Below, piece by piece: positions 61,750 through 64,000 of a stretch of DNA of 64,000 nt. How positions within the stretch are numbered: the first letter of the stretch is position 1; each line of letters starts with the position of its first letter. The stretch is taken from positions 75,569-139,568 of the forward strand of contig BOLA01000001.1 of the NCBI GenBank assembly GCA_016861265.1, in the 5' to 3' direction. The translations under genes were made by a program, and so were the position numbers. Below the pieces are notes generated by a model. That model was not told the DNA's origin and did no database searches. It saw only the letters and a program-made list of their open reading frames with translations. Source of the stretch: Patescibacteria group bacterium (GTDB lineage: Bacteria; Patescibacteriota; Dojkabacteria; J137).

Positions 61750-61805
61750 TTCCTATTAACCATGCTAACATTTTGAATCTGTTATATTAATCGAAAGGTA
61801 ATACT

Positions 61806-62054
61806 ATGCAGATTAATTTAGTTGTAGATGAGTCGGACCATCTACAAGCATATCCCATTGACGACGAAAGTAATCAAATTGCAGATGCAATTGAGCTACC
61901 TCCTGGAATTTACCGAGGAACTGAAATAAGTCTTGGTGAATTTAATGAAGGTTTAAAATCTGGAATAGCAGTTAGTCATATAATTGAATATAACGGACAA
62001 AGACTTGCTGTTCAGATCGCCGCCTTTGAAGATGATGATATGCTTTTTGGCTAA
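61806..62054 (+). CDS. Hypothetical small acidic protein (82 aa), host-like AT-rich codon usage
   Basis: ATG with AAAGG SD. Followed by a strong bidirectional terminator (AAGGCGAGCCGC-at-GCGGCTCGCCTT at 62059-62084). Confidence 0.45.
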   Translation: MQINLVVDESDHLQAYPIDDESNQIADAIELPPGIYRGTEISLGEFNEGLKSGIAVSHIIEYNGQRLAVQIAAFEDDDMLFG

Positions 62055-62106
62055 AGAAAAGGCGAGCCGCATGCGGCTCGCCTTAAGTTATTTCATCAAT
62101 AAAGTA

Positions 62107-63525
62107 TTACTTTAATACATCAGATACCCTTACAACCTCGAATATATTTGGAATGTATCCAGCCTGTTCAGATGGACTCTTACCAATCACTAATACTTTA
62201 GTACTTTCCTTTACAACTCCTAATTCTAAGGCCTCACTTACAATTTCCTTAATTGCCGCATCTCTATCTGCTGCAATGTTTTTATACACAAATGCTCTAT
62301 TCACTCCTTTACTCAAAGCCAACTGTCTTTGAAAGGAATCGCTGCTAACAAATGCATAAATAGGTTGTTTTATTCTATGTCTTCCTAACAATCTTGCAGT
62401 TGTACCACTTCTCGATGCCACCAATACAACTTCAACTTCATAGTTTTCAATCATGTTAATTGCCATCTCAGCAGCTGCCTTTGTAAGGGCGTCTGTTACC
62501 ACTGCAGATTTAGCTCTAGTTTTCATTACGCGTGGCTCCACGTATTTTTCAATTTCTAATGCTATCTTAGATAATTCTTTTACTGCTTCTACTGGGTATT
62601 TTCCTGCAGAACTTTCTCCCGATAACATTACTGAGTCTGTACCCATTAATACGGCCATGGCTACATCATTTACTTCTGCTCTTGTTGGTCTTGGGTTATT
62701 AATCATAGACTCCAACATTTGTGTTGCTGTGATTACAGGTTTTCCTAATGCATTACATTTTTCTATTAAAAGTTTTTCTACCATCGGTACTTTTTCTAAT
62801 CCTAATTCAACTCCTAAACCACCTCTTGCAATCATTACTCCATCAACAACTTCAAGGATTTCGTCAATGTTTTCTACTCCCATTCCGTCCTCAATTTTTG
62901 CAATCAGCCTCATGGAAGAGCCTTCAAGATATTTCTTTATTTCCTTTGCAGATTCAGCATTTTGTACAAAAGATGCAGAAACAAAGTCCCAACCTAATTT
63001 TATGGAATGATTTAAGTTAATAATATCCTTCTCTGTTAGAGCACTGGTTGCAAAATCTGCACCCGGTAGATTTAATGCTTTACCTGGTTTTAGGTATTCT
63101 CCAAAGACTACTTCACAATGCATTTTGTCTTCAACAATTTCTTTTATTACTAATTCAGTATCTCCATCTCCAATTACTACTCTTTGTCCGGGTTTTAGAA
63201 CTTTATATAGGTCCTTATAGTTTCCTGGATAAATTTCTGTATCAGGTCCGTTACCTATAATAATCTGGTCACCAGGTTTAATGCTTTTGGTCTCTGCAAA
63301 TTTATTCATTCTAACCTCAGGACCTTTTACATCCATCATTAATGCCACTCCGCTCGAAACATCTCTTACCAATTTTGTAACCTTGTCTAATTCAGCTTCA
63401 TCAGCAAAAGCCCCGTTTACTCTAGCTACATTCATTCCAGCTTCTATCATTGATTTCATAACCTCAGGATCCCAGCTAGATGGTCCTATTGTACAAACAA
63501 TCTTAGTCTTTTTAGAAAAGTCCAT
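62107..63525 (-). CDS. pyk: Pyruvate kinase
   Basis: Pyk N-terminus MDFSKKTKIVCTIGPSS. MDVKGPEVR-like motif (MMDVKGPEVRM). ..ATQMLESM.. motif. C-terminal allosteric domain. Confidence 0.9.
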   Translation of the reverse strand: MDFSKKTKIVCTIGPSSWDPEVMKSMIEAGMNVARVNGAFADEAELDKVTKLVRDVSSGVALMMDVKGPEVRMNKFAETKSIKPGDQIIIGNGPDTEIYPGNYKDLYKVLKPGQRVVIGDGDTELVIKEIVEDKMHCEVVFGEYLKPGKALNLPGADFATSALTEKDIINLNHSIKLGWDFVSASFVQNAESAKEIKKYLEGSSMRLIAKIEDGMGVENIDEILEVVDGVMIARGGLGVELGLEKVPMVEKLLIEKCNALGKPVITATQMLESMINNPRPTRAEVNDVAMAVLMGTDSVMLSGESSAGKYPVEAVKELSKIALEIEKYVEPRVMKTRAKSAVVTDALTKAAAEMAINMIENYEVEVVLVASRSGTTARLLGRHRIKQPIYAFVSSDSFQRQLALSKGVNRAFVYKNIAADRDAAIKEIVSEALELGVVKESTKVLVIGKSPSEQAGYIPNIFEVVRVSDVLK

Positions 63526-63771
63526 GTGTCTTTGTTAATATTTATTATCAACACGAATTTTATATCATTTTGATATAAAAGCCAACCGGTAATAGCTGTT
63601 TGCAAATTTTGGGAGTTAATAATATTATTTGTTGTTCATTTAAAAGCTTTGCTAATTACTCGCTTTCACAGTGCCTTAACCGACTTTCAAAATTAACTAT
63701 TACTAATAATAAAATAGTTACCAAATTTTGGGTGAAGACCCCTAATCACCAAAGCTTGATTTATATTTTAA

Positions 63772-64000
<229 letters not shown>

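Noticed and set aside
61503-61763. 86-aa minus-strand ORF (MVNRNAKGRQ...)
   Set aside because: It has no ribosome-binding site. Its sense is opposite to a perfect + strand terminator. It is kept only as part of the orphan-unit finding.

Overview
This 64-kb window has low GC and is densely coding. Taken together, the gene content (sortase, two giant surface proteins, Obg, NusA, Pyk, Eno, Ku and LigD) suggests a Gram-positive-like or CPR/Patescibacteria-like bacterium; this is inference from gene content only. The assumed genetic code is 11, since every stop read here is TAA or TAG-type and no in-frame TGA problem was seen.

Layout, start to end:
- 1-2.5 kb: housekeeping genes Ogg glycosylase, tRNA-Gln(UUG) and the Obg GTPase.
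- 2.5-16.5 kb: a 4672-aa giant membrane/surface protein with an N-terminal response-regulator receiver (REC) domain, five ~340-aa tandem repeats, LamG and discoidin domains, Ig-like domains and carboxypeptidase-regulatory-like domains.
- 16.6-18.8 kb: a Ku-LigD NHEJ pair in the same reading frame, separated only by one TAA. The conserved LigD phosphoesterase N-terminus has no start codon.
- 18.9-25 kb: a candidate sRNA, an Ada-like AraC/MGMT protein, an ArsR regulator, a DUF2277 / zf-UBP / membrane / sortase operon, and a Crp/Fnr regulator with a Crp-type box upstream.
- 25-50.6 kb: a four-gene minus-strand surface operon. In transcription order it is a 6418-aa giant protein (five ~361-aa IPT + Gly-rich modules, many Ig-like repeats, LamG, FN3), a membrane protein, a 1501-aa Ig-repeat protein and a TPR protein.
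- 50.9-55.2 kb: a cluster of small stress/detox genes (DUF892, TfoX-N, two VOC proteins, DUF1801, MarR).
- 55.2-56.9 kb: tRNA-Glu(CUC), ylxR and nusA.
- 57.0-57.36 kb: three and a half copies of a 101-bp tandem repeat.
- 57.4-59.6 kb: a coiled-coil/TM protein and a GT4 (WecA/MraY-like) transferase.
- 59.7-61.4 kb: the most unusual feature, a compositionally distinct island that looks GC-rich. It holds five paralogous small genes (69-98 aa), each with its own sigma70-like promoter, strong SD, conserved 5'-UTR motif and intrinsic terminator. Their C-termini are Ala-rich.
- 61.4-64 kb: an orphan terminated transcription unit, a small acidic protein, pyruvate kinase and the start of enolase.

No CRISPR array, transposase or integrase was found.
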